Part shown: piece by piece, positions 33,257 to 44,178 of the stretch
How the letters are laid out: every line of letters begins with the position of its first letter
Position numbering within the stretch: the stretch's first letter is position 1
From: Candidatus Bathyarchaeota archaeon
Lineage (GTDB): Archaea; Thermoproteota; Bathyarchaeia; Bathyarchaeales; Bathycorpusculaceae
Assembly (NCBI GenBank): GCA_003133625.1
Contig: PKYH01000027.1
Location: 15,266 to 66,084 of the forward strand
DNA length: 50,819 nt
Direction of reading: 5' to 3'
Notes under the pieces: model-generated
Seen by the model: only the letters and a program-made list of their open reading frames with translations
Database searches by the model: none
Told to the model about the DNA's origin: nothing
Made by a program: the position numbers and the translations under genes

Positions 33257-35212
33257 TTAGGTTGAGATGTTAGCTGTTATTTCCTGATATTTACTTATGT
33301 ACTCGCACACTGCAATAACGAATTCGGCGTGGCTCCAAAGCAGGGGCGTCGCGGATATTGGTGTACCGGAATAAGGGTCAAGTTGCTCGGCTAATGCTCC
33401 CGAAGGCAACGCATTCTTGGCTGCCCATTTGAGAAGTTCCATTGAACGCGACAATTCATCCAATGAAGAGGCTACGGCAATATGCCATCTCGCGAGCCTA
33501 AGTGTGGAAATAAACCAAGGATTACCCGGAGTATCAAGAGACACTCTCCTGTACTGGTCGTTTTGGTACCGTGCGAGTCCTCCAACTTCGGTTTTAACCC
33601 AAAGCGCCTTGGCTAAAGTATCCATTGTGCTCTTGACCATGTTATCTTTGGCATCTAAGACTCCGTATGCAAAAACCGTTGAAACGCTACTGTCAATCGT
33701 TGTATCCTTCTCTCCGTTAGGGTAAATGCCTTTGATGAACCGTTTCAACTCTGGGTCATACAAGCGTTTTATCATGGCGTCCTTGATTTTAGCTGATGCT
33801 TCACCTAGAACTTCCTGCCTGTTGCTGTCATAAAATACCTTAGCGAACTTGGCTGCTGCATCCAGAGCAGCAACAACTGACGCTACAGTCGAGGTGAACA
33901 CGCCGACTTTTTCTTCCCACTCATCAAACGTTGGCTTAGGTAACAGGGTGGCGGGGTCTCTGTAGTTCATCATGAAGTCGGCAGCTTTTACCACAAGCTT
34001 GTCATAAACTTTAGTGACGAACTCTAAATTGCCATCCTTCTCATAATACTTCCAAAGCGCATACAGCACACTTGCCGTCTCATCCTCCTGAATAGGCAAT
34101 TGCAACCGACCTGCGGAATCTACGAGTGCATGCCAAGTACTTCCCAGCGAGCCATCTGGCAGATACTTATGCCTGAAAAATCCATCTTCCCCTATGACTT
34201 GATTGCAGAACCCAAAAAACATGGCTGCTACGTCAGTAAATCCTGCGTTAGTAAAAGCTAAAGCCGCCATTGCGCCATCGCGGGGCCAAATGTACGAGTA
34301 GGTATCCCTTTGAATTCCCATTATGTCTGAATCAAGCGATGCAAGAAAGCCGCCGTGACTATCAACATGTGCTCGCATAAGAAGCAGTGACCGTTTAAAG
34401 AGGCGAGCCACTTCGTGGGGCAAAAGGTTTAGGTCTATTTTTAATCTGCTAAGCCATGCGCTCCAATAGTTTTCCACTTCAAGAAGCATTTGTTCAACAC
34501 CTGTTTGTTTGACTTCTGAATCTAAAGCTGTGACTTGGGTTAAGCTGTTTCCGCAGGCAATCCAATAATGAATCACTCCATAGCCGTTAGGCGGAATTTC
34601 CAGCTTGAATGAGACAGCGGAATCTACTGCTCCTTGGGCAACAGGGTTGGCACTTAATTGCCCGTCTTCCGCGTCGCGCCAAGTGCCTTCTCTGCCTTCA
34701 ACCTCTTTGTGTCCAACTGCATACTGGTAGAATCCTTTGCCGCCAGTGGTTCCGCCCACCAGAAAATAGCGTTTCCCCTTATAGTGTACAATCGCGCTTA
34801 GGTTGGGTTCAAAAAACGCTGTATCTCCAGCTTCATAACCGTAAATGTGGAAATCTTGTGTGAAAAACAAGCGGACTTCTCGTTCATCATCTGATTCGTT
34901 TGAAACTTTTATCTTGCGCAAGAACACATCTTTGCCATTATGGACTGCGTCGTTGACTTCCATTTTGATGCCATACAGTTCCTTTTTCATGATATATCTA
35001 GTTGTGAGGGTTTCAGGCAAATAACTCATCACTATATCCCACTCTTTATCTAACCATTCAAATTTGCCGTCAACCCAAATGCCGAACCTGAACTGGTGAC
35101 CAACCGCGTGATTTTCAAGCCCAATGTAAGGAAAATAAACGTCTCTGATTCTGGCTTTGTCATCGAGGGCTATAGCAAACCGTCCATTACTTACCAAAAC
35201 TTGCCTAGGCAA
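33257..35212 (-). CDS. glycoside hydrolase family 15 (glucoamylase/glucodextranase-like)
   Basis: YSYIWPRDGAMAALAF, an (alpha/alpha)6-type C-terminal half ending LLWSHAEFV, and an N-terminal beta-sandwich domain. 651 aa. Confidence 0.85.
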   Translation of the reverse strand: MPRQVLVSNGRFAIALDDKARIRDVYFPYIGLENHAVGHQFRFGIWVDGKFEWLDKEWDIVMSYLPETLTTRYIMKKELYGIKMEVNDAVHNGKDVFLRKIKVSNESDDEREVRLFFTQDFHIYGYEAGDTAFFEPNLSAIVHYKGKRYFLVGGTTGGKGFYQYAVGHKEVEGREGTWRDAEDGQLSANPVAQGAVDSAVSFKLEIPPNGYGVIHYWIACGNSLTQVTALDSEVKQTGVEQMLLEVENYWSAWLSRLKIDLNLLPHEVARLFKRSLLLMRAHVDSHGGFLASLDSDIMGIQRDTYSYIWPRDGAMAALAFTNAGFTDVAAMFFGFCNQVIGEDGFFRHKYLPDGSLGSTWHALVDSAGRLQLPIQEDETASVLYALWKYYEKDGNLEFVTKVYDKLVVKAADFMMNYRDPATLLPKPTFDEWEEKVGVFTSTVASVVAALDAAAKFAKVFYDSNRQEVLGEASAKIKDAMIKRLYDPELKRFIKGIYPNGEKDTTIDSSVSTVFAYGVLDAKDNMVKSTMDTLAKALWVKTEVGGLARYQNDQYRRVSLDTPGNPWFISTLRLARWHIAVASSLDELSRSMELLKWAAKNALPSGALAEQLDPYSGTPISATPLLWSHAEFVIAVCEYISKYQEITANIST

Positions 35213-35321
35213 TAAAATCCGCTTCTAAAAACATTTAATCCTAATATAGTCATTGCATTCCACCATAAATAAACTTTAATTAAGCAAATCACTCGCTATT
35301 CACTATAGATTGTGAACTGAC

Positions 35322-36668
35322 TTGATTGTTGATTCTGTCCTCACAAACGCCAAAGCCTACATAAACGGGCAAATAGTCGATTGTAGCCTCGCCCTTGAAG
35401 AAGGCAAAATTTTCAAAATCGGCAAAGAAACCCAAATGCCAAATGCAGACCAAAAAACTAACCTAAAAAGCCTCCTAGTCCTGCCAGGCTTGATAGATGA
35501 GCATGTTCACTTGCGGGATGAGGGAAAAGCGTACAAAGAAGACTTCCAAACAGGAACCGCCGCTGCAGCCGCTGGGGGCTTCACCACCGTCTTGGACATG
35601 CCTAACAACGAGCCAGTTACAATGAGCATGGAAACTTTAAGGAACCGCATGAGAATTGCCGAAAGAAAAGTTCTCGTAAACGTTGGGTTCTACTCTGAAT
35701 TTCCAAAAAAATTGGCTGAAGTCAAAGACATCGTTTCCGAAGGGGCAGTAGGGTTCAAGCTTTTCATGGGTTGCCAAATTGGCGGATTGAACGTTGATGA
35801 TGACGAAGCCTTGCAGGATGCGTTCAAAGAGGTCGCCGAGTTGAATGTGCCAGTGGCGGTGCACGCCGAAGACAAGGCGTTATTGGTAGCTAACGAGGAA
35901 AAACTAAAACAAGCCAAAAAAAGTAACACCGCCGCCTTCCTAAAGGCGCATTCAGAAACAGTTGAACTAAAAGCCATTGAACGCCTACTAAAAATAAGTG
36001 CACCAACTAGTGTACGGTTGCATTTTTGCCATGTCTCAACTGAAGAGGGCTTAAACGCGATTTTAGAAGCTAAAAAATCAGGCAGAAAAGTAACATGCGA
36101 AGTTACCCCTAACCACCTATTGCTGTCACGTGATGATTTGGAACATTACGGGCAATTACTGATTATGGCGCCCCCGCTTCGCAACAAAAATCACATTGAA
36201 GCGTTATGGAAAGGCTTAGAAGCGGGTTGGGTTGATGCTTTAGGCTCAGACCATGCACCGCATGCTTTAAGTGAGAAGTTTGCAAGCAGCGTTTGGGATG
36301 TTAAAGTCGGCGTGCCAGGTCTAGAAACTACTTTACCTCTTATTTTGACGCTTGTAAAGAAGAATCGGTTATCCTTGGCCCAAGCGGTTCACCTTCTCGC
36401 AGAGAAACCAGCAGAAATTTACGGTTTGAATAATCGCGGTCGCTTGGAACAGGGAAAGAACGCAGATTTAACGGTGGTAGATTTTAACCATAAATTCAAA
36501 ATTGATGCTTCAAAATTCAAGTCCAAAGCAAAATATTCGCCCTACGATGGGTGGAACGTTCAGGGTAAACCAGTAAAAACCTTCGTTAACGGATTATTAG
36601 TTTTTGATGAAGGAGAAATAGTTGCTAAAGCGGGCAACGGCTCAATTGTTCGGAGAGGCAAAGCGTGA
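35322..36668 (+). CDS. pyrC: dihydroorotase (amidohydrolase superfamily)
   Basis: LPGLIDEHVHLRD metal-binding HxH, DMPNN, HAED and GSDHAPH motifs. Confidence 0.8.
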   Translation: MIVDSVLTNAKAYINGQIVDCSLALEEGKIFKIGKETQMPNADQKTNLKSLLVLPGLIDEHVHLRDEGKAYKEDFQTGTAAAAAGGFTTVLDMPNNEPVTMSMETLRNRMRIAERKVLVNVGFYSEFPKKLAEVKDIVSEGAVGFKLFMGCQIGGLNVDDDEALQDAFKEVAELNVPVAVHAEDKALLVANEEKLKQAKKSNTAAFLKAHSETVELKAIERLLKISAPTSVRLHFCHVSTEEGLNAILEAKKSGRKVTCEVTPNHLLLSRDDLEHYGQLLIMAPPLRNKNHIEALWKGLEAGWVDALGSDHAPHALSEKFASSVWDVKVGVPGLETTLPLILTLVKKNRLSLAQAVHLLAEKPAEIYGLNNRGRLEQGKNADLTVVDFNHKFKIDASKFKSKAKYSPYDGWNVQGKPVKTFVNGLLVFDEGEIVAKAGNGSIVRRGKA

Positions 36669-37150
36669 AGTTCCTAGCGGATGGTATGCTGGGAAAACTG
36701 ACACGTTGGCTACGCATGTTAGGACAAGACGTCATGTACTCCGTCCAGCTAAGTGATTCTGAACTTCTTGAACTAGCAAAAAAGGAAAACCGCGTTTTGT
36801 TAACTAAAGATTTGGAGCTCTACCAACGCGCCATCGCCAAGGGCGTAGACGCTTTCTACCTTGAAGGCAAGAAGGAATCTGAACGGCTGGCGGAACTTGG
36901 CAAGCGATATGGCTTAACGTTAGCGATAGATATGGAAAAGTCCCATTGCCCAATATGCAACACTAAACTTAAGGCAACGCCAAAAGAGCTGCTTTCAGGC
37001 GAATTAGAGAAAAATACATTCATTTATTATGATAAGTTTTGGAAGTGTCCAAATTGCGGTCAAGTCTATTGGCAAGGAGCGCACTGGAAGCAAATCAGCA
37101 ATATAATTAACGAAGCGCAAGCAAAATTGGAAAAATTAAAAGAAAATTGA
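36665..37150 (+). CDS. Mut7-C / DUF82 PIN-like RNase domain protein with a C-terminal zinc ribbon
   Basis: FLADGMLGKLTRWLRMLGQDV at the N-terminus. CPICN ... CPNCG near the C-terminus. The start overlaps the pyrC stop by 4 nt. Confidence 0.75.
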   Translation: MKFLADGMLGKLTRWLRMLGQDVMYSVQLSDSELLELAKKENRVLLTKDLELYQRAIAKGVDAFYLEGKKESERLAELGKRYGLTLAIDMEKSHCPICNTKLKATPKELLSGELEKNTFIYYDKFWKCPNCGQVYWQGAHWKQISNIINEAQAKLEKLKEN

Positions 37151-37153
37151 AGC

Positions 37154-37381
37154 TTAAATCAGCCATTTTAATGGAATATCTTGGAAGGTTCCATCTGGCA
37201 GGGTCCTTCTGATAGTTATCGGTAGTATTCCAGCCTCAAGTTCTTTTAGAGCGATGGCAATCGGGTTTGTATTTTCACTAGCATCCACCAAAATCGGTGC
37301 TCCCATCGAGATTTGAAGCGCTCTAGCTCCAACTATTCTTGCTTTCTCGAAGCGAGTAATTTTTGGTGGTCCTACAGTTAT
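37154..37381 (-). CDS. rpoK: DNA-directed RNA polymerase subunit K (Rpo6), start codon uncertain
   Basis: Absent from the ORF track. The reverse frame reads ...[65 protein letters not shown]...*. This contains the RpoK signature [19 protein letters not shown] and LPITIRR. There is no ATG/GTG/TTG upstream of the conserved core, so the 5' end given (ATA at 37379-37381) is a guess. Confidence 0.75.
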   Translation of the reverse strand: MTVGPPKITRFEKARIVGARALQISMGAPILVDASENTNPIAIALKELEAGILPITIRRTLPDGTFQDIPLKWLI

Positions 37382-37399
37382 TTTTTGTTCTGACGTATT

Positions 37400-39064
37400 T
37401 TAGTACTCTCCAGCGCCTGGATATCCGCCCATTCCGCCTGGTGCTCCTCCTGGTGGCGTTGGAGGTGCCCTCATTTTGCCGGCGGCGATAATGTCGTCAA
37501 TTTTGAGAATCATGGATGCTGCTTCGCTTGCTGATTTGATTATTTGTTTTTTGACTGAGAGTGGTTCAAAGATGTTTACCTTTGTCATGTCTTGAACTTT
37601 TCCTTCTAGAACTTCTATGCCTGCCCATGTTTCTCCTTTTTCATGCCTTGACCGTAATTCTGAAAGTATATCAATTGGATCTAAGCCAGCGTTTTCAGCA
37701 AGCGTTACTGCTATGGCTTCAAGAGCTTCCGCGAATATTCTAACCGCAAGTTGCTCTCTTCCCGGCAGCGTTTCAGCATATTTTTTGAGTACACCTGCCA
37801 TTTCAAGCTCTGGAGCACTTCCTCCAGCAACGATCTTTGGCTCTTCAATTAAATCTCTGATAACGCAGAGTGCATCATGTATTGAGCGTTCTGCCTCTGC
37901 AGTCATACGTTGAGTTCCACCTCTAATCAAAATGGTGACTGCCTTCGGATGCTTGCAGCCTTCAATGAAAGTCATTTTGTCGTCGCCAATTCTGCGCTCT
38001 TCCACCAAAGCTGCATATCCAAGGTCTGATGGTTTTATGTCATCTAGGTTAGTTACTATTTTTCCGCCTGTGGCCTTTGCAAGTTTTTCAATGTCTGATT
38101 TTTTGGCTCTTCTAACCGCGATAATTCCTTTTCTTGCAAGGAAATGTTGAGCCATATCGTCTATGCCTTTTTGGCAGACGACTACGTTTGCGCCTGAAGC
38201 CAAAATTTTCTCAACCATGTCTTTTAGCATTGTTTCCTCTTGCTTGAGGAACGCTTCAATCTGCTCAGGGCTTTCAATGTTTATTTTTGCGTCTAACTCG
38301 GTTTTTTCAATCTCTAAGGAAGCGTCGATTAATGCAATTTTTGCTTTTTCTAAACGCTTGGGCATTCCTGAGTGAACAATTTCTTTGTCTAAAACTATGC
38401 CGTTTATTAGGCTGGTCTCCATGAGGGATTCGCCTGTTTTCTTTTCGACTTTTACGTCGTCGACATCTACCTTGTAGACGTCGTCTTTCTTTTCAGCGAC
38501 TGCCATCATTGCTTTAACCGCTAAATCAGCCAAGTATTCTTTGTATTCAGCTACGATTTTGCTTCCCATAGCGGTTGTTGCAGCTTTTTTCAGGTATTCC
38601 TGCGATTTCAGGTCTACGGGTATGGCTATTTTTTCAAGGGTTTCTAGCGCTATTTCAGCTGCCTTCCTATAACCCTCAATTATTATTGTGGGGTGAATGT
38701 TTTTGTCTATCAGTTCTTCTGCTTTGTTCAAAAGTTCACCTGCAATTATAACCGCAGATGTTGTTCCGTCTCCAGCTTCATTGTCTTGCGCTTTGGCAAC
38801 TTCAACTAGCATTTTGGCTGCTGGATGCTGAATATCCATCTCATCCAAGATAGTGCGCCCGTCACTTGTTATTGTAACGTCTCCGAAGCTATCAACTAAC
38901 ATTTTATCCATGCCTTTTGGGCCTAAAGCGCTTCGGACGCTTTCGGCTACCACTTTGGCGGCAGTTATGTTTCCGTGTTGTGCTTCTCTTCCACGGGACC
39001 TGTTTGAGCCTTCTCTTAATATGAGAACAGGCACTCCGCCAGCTTGTGTTGGAAATGATGACAA
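37400..39064 (-). CDS. ths: thermosome subunit (group II chaperonin)
   Basis: [44 protein letters not shown] and a GGM-like C-terminal tail. Confidence 0.95.
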   Translation of the reverse strand: MSSFPTQAGGVPVLILREGSNRSRGREAQHGNITAAKVVAESVRSALGPKGMDKMLVDSFGDVTITSDGRTILDEMDIQHPAAKMLVEVAKAQDNEAGDGTTSAVIIAGELLNKAEELIDKNIHPTIIIEGYRKAAEIALETLEKIAIPVDLKSQEYLKKAATTAMGSKIVAEYKEYLADLAVKAMMAVAEKKDDVYKVDVDDVKVEKKTGESLMETSLINGIVLDKEIVHSGMPKRLEKAKIALIDASLEIEKTELDAKINIESPEQIEAFLKQEETMLKDMVEKILASGANVVVCQKGIDDMAQHFLARKGIIAVRRAKKSDIEKLAKATGGKIVTNLDDIKPSDLGYAALVEERRIGDDKMTFIEGCKHPKAVTILIRGGTQRMTAEAERSIHDALCVIRDLIEEPKIVAGGSAPELEMAGVLKKYAETLPGREQLAVRIFAEALEAIAVTLAENAGLDPIDILSELRSRHEKGETWAGIEVLEGKVQDMTKVNIFEPLSVKKQIIKSASEAASMILKIDDIIAAGKMRAPPTPPGGAPGGMGGYPGAGEY

Positions 39065-39215
39065 ATCAAGTAATCTCCTTTAATGTGAACAACAACAGAA
39101 TATTACTAGCCATATAAGTTTTTCTAGGCAAGGCATAATGAATAAAGCTTAGGCAAGCGATTTTTGCATCATTAACTTGCTTTTACGGTTTCCTTCGTTT
39201 CATATTTGCCATGGC

Positions 39216-39719
39216 TTAGTAGACTGAAACTTTGGCTATTCCTGGTATCTTCAGCAGTTCTGGAATTAGTTCTCCTGGGATTTTTTTCTCAACAATCAAA
39301 GTAAGTTTTGGTTCTGGTGAGAGTTCCGGGTCATCTACGATTGCTTGCCTGATGCTTAATCCTGCCCTGTTGAGAATCATAGCTGCGTTGGATAAGATTC
39401 CGGGCGATTTTGCGTTTACAGGGGTTATTTCTAGAACTCCCAGGTTGATGTGTTTAGCGATTTCTTTTAGTGAATGTCCTGCTGGACGTATTTCTTCAAA
39501 AATTAGTTTGAGTTCAGGGCTCGCTTTGATGCTGTTTAATGTTTCGTTTACTGTTCGTCGGTCTACTCCGGCGACTCTAGCTATGCGTACTGGCGGAATT
39601 TCAATTTGATTTAGGTATATTTTGCCGTCTCTTGCGCTTAGTCCATTTTCTATGAGGACGCGTGCTACTTTGAGTCGTTCGGGGTATTCTTGCAGTTGGG
39701 TTTGTATTTTGTTCCACAT
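39216..39719 (-). CDS. ACT-domain regulator of amino-acid metabolism (COG2150-like)
   Basis: N-terminal HTH-like part (VRIARVAGVDRRTVNETL) plus a C-terminal ACT-like part (GVLEITPVNAKSPGILSNAAMILNRAGLSIRQ). ATG 39719 (167 aa) is preferred over the longer track ORF. Confidence 0.6.
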   Translation of the reverse strand: MWNKIQTQLQEYPERLKVARVLIENGLSARDGKIYLNQIEIPPVRIARVAGVDRRTVNETLNSIKASPELKLIFEEIRPAGHSLKEIAKHINLGVLEITPVNAKSPGILSNAAMILNRAGLSIRQAIVDDPELSPEPKLTLIVEKKIPGELIPELLKIPGIAKVSVY

Positions 39720-39869
39720 TAGGTTTCGCTGATGTGTATTTCTGTTCATTTGGGTATAAATGTGTTGTTTAACGTTGGCAGCATTTTCAATGAACAAAAC
39801 TGTACACAAAAGCCTTAAATAAAACTTAAACGTACGATTCATAACCCTAAATACATAAAGGCGAAAAAA

Positions 39870-41282
39870 ATGCCAACTAGAAAAATCCTATTAAACGAAG
39901 ACGAAATACCAAAACAATGGTACAACATAGTTCCCGACTTACCTAGGCCGCTTCCACCATTCATAGATGCAGCAACAAAACAGCCAGGAGTCGGAATCGT
40001 CCCACGAATATTTCCAAAAGCAATTATCGGCCAAGAAATAAGCCAAGAACGATGGATAGACATACCTGAAGAAGTCCGAGAAGTATATCGAATCTGGAGA
40101 CCAACACCACTCTTCAGAGCCATCGGTCTAGAAAAAGCACTGAAAACACCAGCAAAAATCTACTACAAATACGAAGGCGTAAGCCCCTCTGGAAGCCACA
40201 AACCAAACACAGCAGTACCCCAAGCATTCTACAACATGAAAGAAGGCACAAAACGCCTATCAACAGAAACAGGCGCAGGCCAATGGGGATCAGCCTTAGC
40301 GTTTGCAGCCATGATTTTCGGGCTCAAAGCCACAGTTTACATGGTACGTGCAAGCTACGACCAGAAACCCTACCGAAAAATGATGATGAACGCTTTCGGC
40401 GCAGAATGTTTTGCTAGCCCAAGTAACCGAACAGAAGCGGGAAGAAAAATCCTTGCTGAAGATCCAGATAGCACGGGCAGCCTCGGCATAGCTATCAGTG
40501 AAGCCGTCGAAGATGCCCTCGTCAACGAAGAAGAAACTAACTATACCATAGGTAGCGTCTTCAACCACGTCCTGCTACATCAAACAGTCATAGGCTTAGA
40601 AACAAAGAGACAACTAGAAATGGTTGATGACTATCCAGACGTTGTGTACGGTTGCATAGGCGGAGGAAGCAGCTACAGTGGTCTCATGTGGCCATTTTAC
40701 TACGATAAAGTCTCCAAAAAGGCACCAAAAGAAACAAAGTTCATAGCCACCGAAGCCACAGCATGCCCCAAAGTTACCAAAGGGCAATACCAATACGACC
40801 ATGGAGACACCGCCAGAATAACACCCTTGGTTCCCATGCACACCCTGGGGCACGACTTCATCCCGGCACCCATCCACGCTGGAGGACTCCGCTACCATGG
40901 AATTGCGCCCACCATAAGCCTCCTAACACAGGAGAAACAGATGACCACCGAAGCCTACAATCAGGTCGAAGTCTTCGACGCAGCCAAACAATTCATCCGA
41001 GCTGAAGGAATCATCCCTGCACCTGAGCCTGCCCACGCCATCAAAGGCGCTATCGACGAAGCCCTCCGATGCAAAAAAACTGGCGAAGCAAAAACCATTC
41101 TGTTCTTGCTTTGTGGTCACGGCTTCTTTGACATGGCGGCATACGATGAATACTTCAGCGGCAACCTGCAACCATATGAGTACCCAACTAAGAAAGTCGA
41201 GGAATCAATGAAGAAACTTCATACGCTGTATCCGTGGTTAGACGAGGTTAACAAGAAATACATAAGCTGCGAACCACTCTAA
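39870..41282 (+). CDS. trpB: TrpB2-type tryptophan synthase beta-like PLP enzyme
   Basis: PLP lysine context [19 protein letters not shown] loop, and the N-terminal extension typical of TrpB2. No trpA nearby. Confidence 0.85.
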   Translation: MPTRKILLNEDEIPKQWYNIVPDLPRPLPPFIDAATKQPGVGIVPRIFPKAIIGQEISQERWIDIPEEVREVYRIWRPTPLFRAIGLEKALKTPAKIYYKYEGVSPSGSHKPNTAVPQAFYNMKEGTKRLSTETGAGQWGSALAFAAMIFGLKATVYMVRASYDQKPYRKMMMNAFGAECFASPSNRTEAGRKILAEDPDSTGSLGIAISEAVEDALVNEEETNYTIGSVFNHVLLHQTVIGLETKRQLEMVDDYPDVVYGCIGGGSSYSGLMWPFYYDKVSKKAPKETKFIATEATACPKVTKGQYQYDHGDTARITPLVPMHTLGHDFIPAPIHAGGLRYHGIAPTISLLTQEKQMTTEAYNQVEVFDAAKQFIRAEGIIPAPEPAHAIKGAIDEALRCKKTGEAKTILFLLCGHGFFDMAAYDEYFSGNLQPYEYPTKKVEESMKKLHTLYPWLDEVNKKYISCEPL

Positions 41283-41350
41283 ACCCCAATACCCTTCTTT
41301 TATTCTTCTTTTTATCTCAGCTAACCTAATACTAACTTAGGTTATTCATA

Positions 41351-42487
41351 TTGAATGTTCCTGAAAAAACTCTGCCAACAAAAACAATCGGATTCATCGT
41401 AAACCCTATTGCTGGAATGGGCGGAGCCGTCGGATTAAAAGGAACAGACGGCAAAACTATCCTAAACAAAGCCATATCCCTAGGAGCTAAACCCATAGCA
41501 TCGCAAAGAGCAGAAACCTTCCTCTCAGAACTTTATCTAGCAAAAAAAAGCTTAAAACTGATTGTTGGCGCTGGCTGCATGGGTGAGAACCAAGCAAAGA
41601 AATGCGGCTTCACCTGCCAAGTTATCGGCGAAAGAAAAAAAGAAACCACATCCGAAGACACGCAAAATATCGCTAAAGAAGTGGTGAAGGCTGGTGTTGA
41701 TTTGCTTGTTTTCTGCGGCGGCGACGGAACAACCCGTGACATACTAAAAGCTGTTGGCATGAAGGTTCCTGTGCTGGGTGTTCCAACAGGCGTCAAAATG
41801 CACAGCGCCTTATTCGCTGTAAGTCCTCAAGCTGCAGCAAGAGTTGCCATCAGTTATCTGTGGGATGGGTTGCCCCTTCGAGAAGCGGAGGTAATGGATG
41901 TGGACGAGCAAGCTTTCAGGGAAGGTCGCCTTTCTGCTGAACTTTACGGGTACATGTTGAGCCCTTATGAGCCTCACTTGATCCAAGGAAACAAACTTGC
42001 AAGCCCAATGACCGAGAGCGAAGTTCGCAACCAAGCAGCAATAGCAATTTACATTATTGAAGAAATGAAACCAGACATCGTTTACATAATTGGTCCGGGA
42101 ACAACCACCCGTACTATCGGTGACCTCTTGGACGCTAAAAAAACCCTTTTAGGCGTGGATCTTTTCCAGAACAAGAAAATAATTGCAAACGACGTAAACG
42201 AAAAACAAATACTAGATTTCATAAGTGGAAAAGCCGCATGGATAATTGTAACGCCGATTGGGGGGCAAGGCTTTATTTTTGGCAGAGGAAACCAGCAGAT
42301 AAGCCCCAAAGTAATCCGCCAAGTAGGTTTAGACAACATTGTTGTGATTGCGACTAAAAGCAAATTGGACAGGTTGAAAAGTTTAAGGGTTGACACTGGA
42401 GACACAGAACTGGAAAATGAGCTTAAAGCACATGAAATTAACGTTGTAACCGACTACAAAAGCATACAAAAAGTGGCTGTTGAATAA
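41351..42487 (+). CDS. ATP-NAD kinase family protein (COG3199-like)
   Basis: GGDGTTRDIL motif, NAD kinase/diacylglycerol kinase-like fold pattern, 378 aa. Confidence 0.7.
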   Translation: MNVPEKTLPTKTIGFIVNPIAGMGGAVGLKGTDGKTILNKAISLGAKPIASQRAETFLSELYLAKKSLKLIVGAGCMGENQAKKCGFTCQVIGERKKETTSEDTQNIAKEVVKAGVDLLVFCGGDGTTRDILKAVGMKVPVLGVPTGVKMHSALFAVSPQAAARVAISYLWDGLPLREAEVMDVDEQAFREGRLSAELYGYMLSPYEPHLIQGNKLASPMTESEVRNQAAIAIYIIEEMKPDIVYIIGPGTTTRTIGDLLDAKKTLLGVDLFQNKKIIANDVNEKQILDFISGKAAWIIVTPIGGQGFIFGRGNQQISPKVIRQVGLDNIVVIATKSKLDRLKSLRVDTGDTELENELKAHEINVVTDYKSIQKVAVE

Positions 42488-42561
42488 TGGAATTACTATT
42501 AATAATCGGAAAAATGAAATAGTAGCACGTGACCAGTATCCTAACAAAGCGAGGCTAAAAA

Positions 42562-43665
42562 ATGATACCGATTAACCTGCCAAAAATCGGCGAAGAGGAA
42601 GTGCAGGCAGTAGTTAAAGTTCTTCGAAGCGGAATGTTAACAAGTGGGCTTGGAGCTGGCCCAATGGTAACAGAGTTCGAGAAAAACTTTGCCAAATTCG
42701 CTGGCGTAAAACATGCTGTAGCCGTTAACACTGGCACTGCCGCCTTGCACTCTGCTGTTGTGTCTTCTGGTGTAAAGCAAGGTGATGAGGTTATTTTGCC
42801 CAGCTTCACTTTCGTAGCCACTGCAGAAGCAGTCGTACTGGCTGGCGGGAAACCGGCTTTCGCTGACATTGATGCTCAAACTTACAATCTATCGCCCAGT
42901 GCGGTTGAAAAATCAATAACAAAAAACACCAAGGCTATACTGCCCGTGGATCTGTATGGTTTTTCTGCCGACATGAAGCCCATGCGGGAAATCGCCGCTA
43001 AACATGGCTTAGCGTTGGTTGAGGATGCTGCTCAAGCGCATGGAACAACGTACGCTGGGAAACCGGCGGGAACGTTTGCTGATGCCGCCTGCTGGAGCTT
43101 ATACGCAAGCAAAAACATGACCACAGGCGAAGGCGGAATAATCACAACAGACAACGACCAAATAGCCGAGACGCTGCGGATGATTAGGACTCATGGGGAA
43201 AAAGCCAAGTACTCATCACTCATGCTTGGAACCAACTATCGCATGTCCGAGGTACAAGCGGCAATTGGTAACGTACAACTGCAAAAATTGCCATCTTTTG
43301 TGGCTAAACGCCGCCAAAACGCGCAACAACTAACAAAAATCCTAGAAAAAAGTAGCAGACTGATTTTGCCATGGGAGTCAAAAGACCGACAGCATAGCTG
43401 GTACCTGTACACCGCAAGACTGAAAGATGGCACGGAAACTGAACGCAACAAGATTGTGGAAGAGCTAAAGAAAAAAGGGATTGGCGCCGAAGTGTATTAC
43501 GTTAACCCAGTGCATCAAATGCCGTTTTACCGAGAAAACTTTGGAAGCACTAAACTGCCTGAGACTGATGAAGCGTCAAAACAGGTTTTCTCACTGCCAA
43601 TTCATCCGGGAGTCAAAGCGGAGCAGGTTGATTACATAGGAAAAACTGTTCTAAGCCTCTTATAG
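42562..43665 (+). CDS. DegT/DnrJ/EryC1/StrS-family PLP-dependent aminotransferase
   Basis: EFEKNFAKFAGVKHAVAVNTGTAALH, VEDAAQAHG, and the PLP lysine region SLYASKNMTTGEGG. Confidence 0.85.
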   Translation: MIPINLPKIGEEEVQAVVKVLRSGMLTSGLGAGPMVTEFEKNFAKFAGVKHAVAVNTGTAALHSAVVSSGVKQGDEVILPSFTFVATAEAVVLAGGKPAFADIDAQTYNLSPSAVEKSITKNTKAILPVDLYGFSADMKPMREIAAKHGLALVEDAAQAHGTTYAGKPAGTFADAACWSLYASKNMTTGEGGIITTDNDQIAETLRMIRTHGEKAKYSSLMLGTNYRMSEVQAAIGNVQLQKLPSFVAKRRQNAQQLTKILEKSSRLILPWESKDRQHSWYLYTARLKDGTETERNKIVEELKKKGIGAEVYYVNPVHQMPFYRENFGSTKLPETDEASKQVFSLPIHPGVKAEQVDYIGKTVLSLL

Positions 43666-43782
43666 CCAGATTAGCGACTGGTTTAAACGATTTTCACCAA
43701 TAACCGACTGTAAGAGTTAAATTGAACTTCGCATTATGAAATAGCTATCCTTTGAGATTTACTGGATTTTCTTTGAAGGAGC

Positions 43783-44178
43783 ATGGAACAGTTGAGTAAT
43801 GAAGCAGACGTTTCACGTGTAAAAGTCAAGTTTCTCATCAAAGGCTTAGGTGAAGCTGAAGGTGAATTAGTCAGGTTTTTAGCGCCAAGAACTATTGACG
43901 CTATCGTCAGGAAGCTTCCAGTTGAAGGAAGAGCTGCGTTGTGGAAAGAAGAGGTTTACTTTGAAATCCCAATTAAAATGGGCGAAGAAAAAGCAAAGCC
44001 AACCGTGGAAACTGGCACTATTGCTTTTTGGCCTATGGGCAGCGCCATATGCATATTCTACGGTAAGTCACAGCCCTATAGTCCCGTGAGCATACTTGGA
44101 AAAATAACAAGTAATTTGGAGATTTTTAAGCAAGTTAAAAGTGGAACAACAATTAAAGTTGAATTGTTAACAGCTTAA
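43783..44178 (+). CDS. cyclophilin-like superfamily protein (TM1367-like)
   Basis: GTIAFWPMGSAICIFYGKSQPYSPVSILGKI resembles the Cyclophil_like family core. Confidence 0.55.
   Translation: MEQLSNEADVSRVKVKFLIKGLGEAEGELVRFLAPRTIDAIVRKLPVEGRAALWKEEVYFEIPIKMGEEKAKPTVETGTIAFWPMGSAICIFYGKSQPYSPVSILGKITSNLEIFKQVKSGTTIKVELLTA

Noticed and set aside
37154-39064. A thermosome-RpoK fusion by readthrough, because the two are in the same frame and separated only by TAA.
   Set aside because: The two are unrelated, independently folding essential proteins, and no such fusion is known. The in-frame arrangement is more likely coincidental, or related to reinitiation or a non-canonical start.
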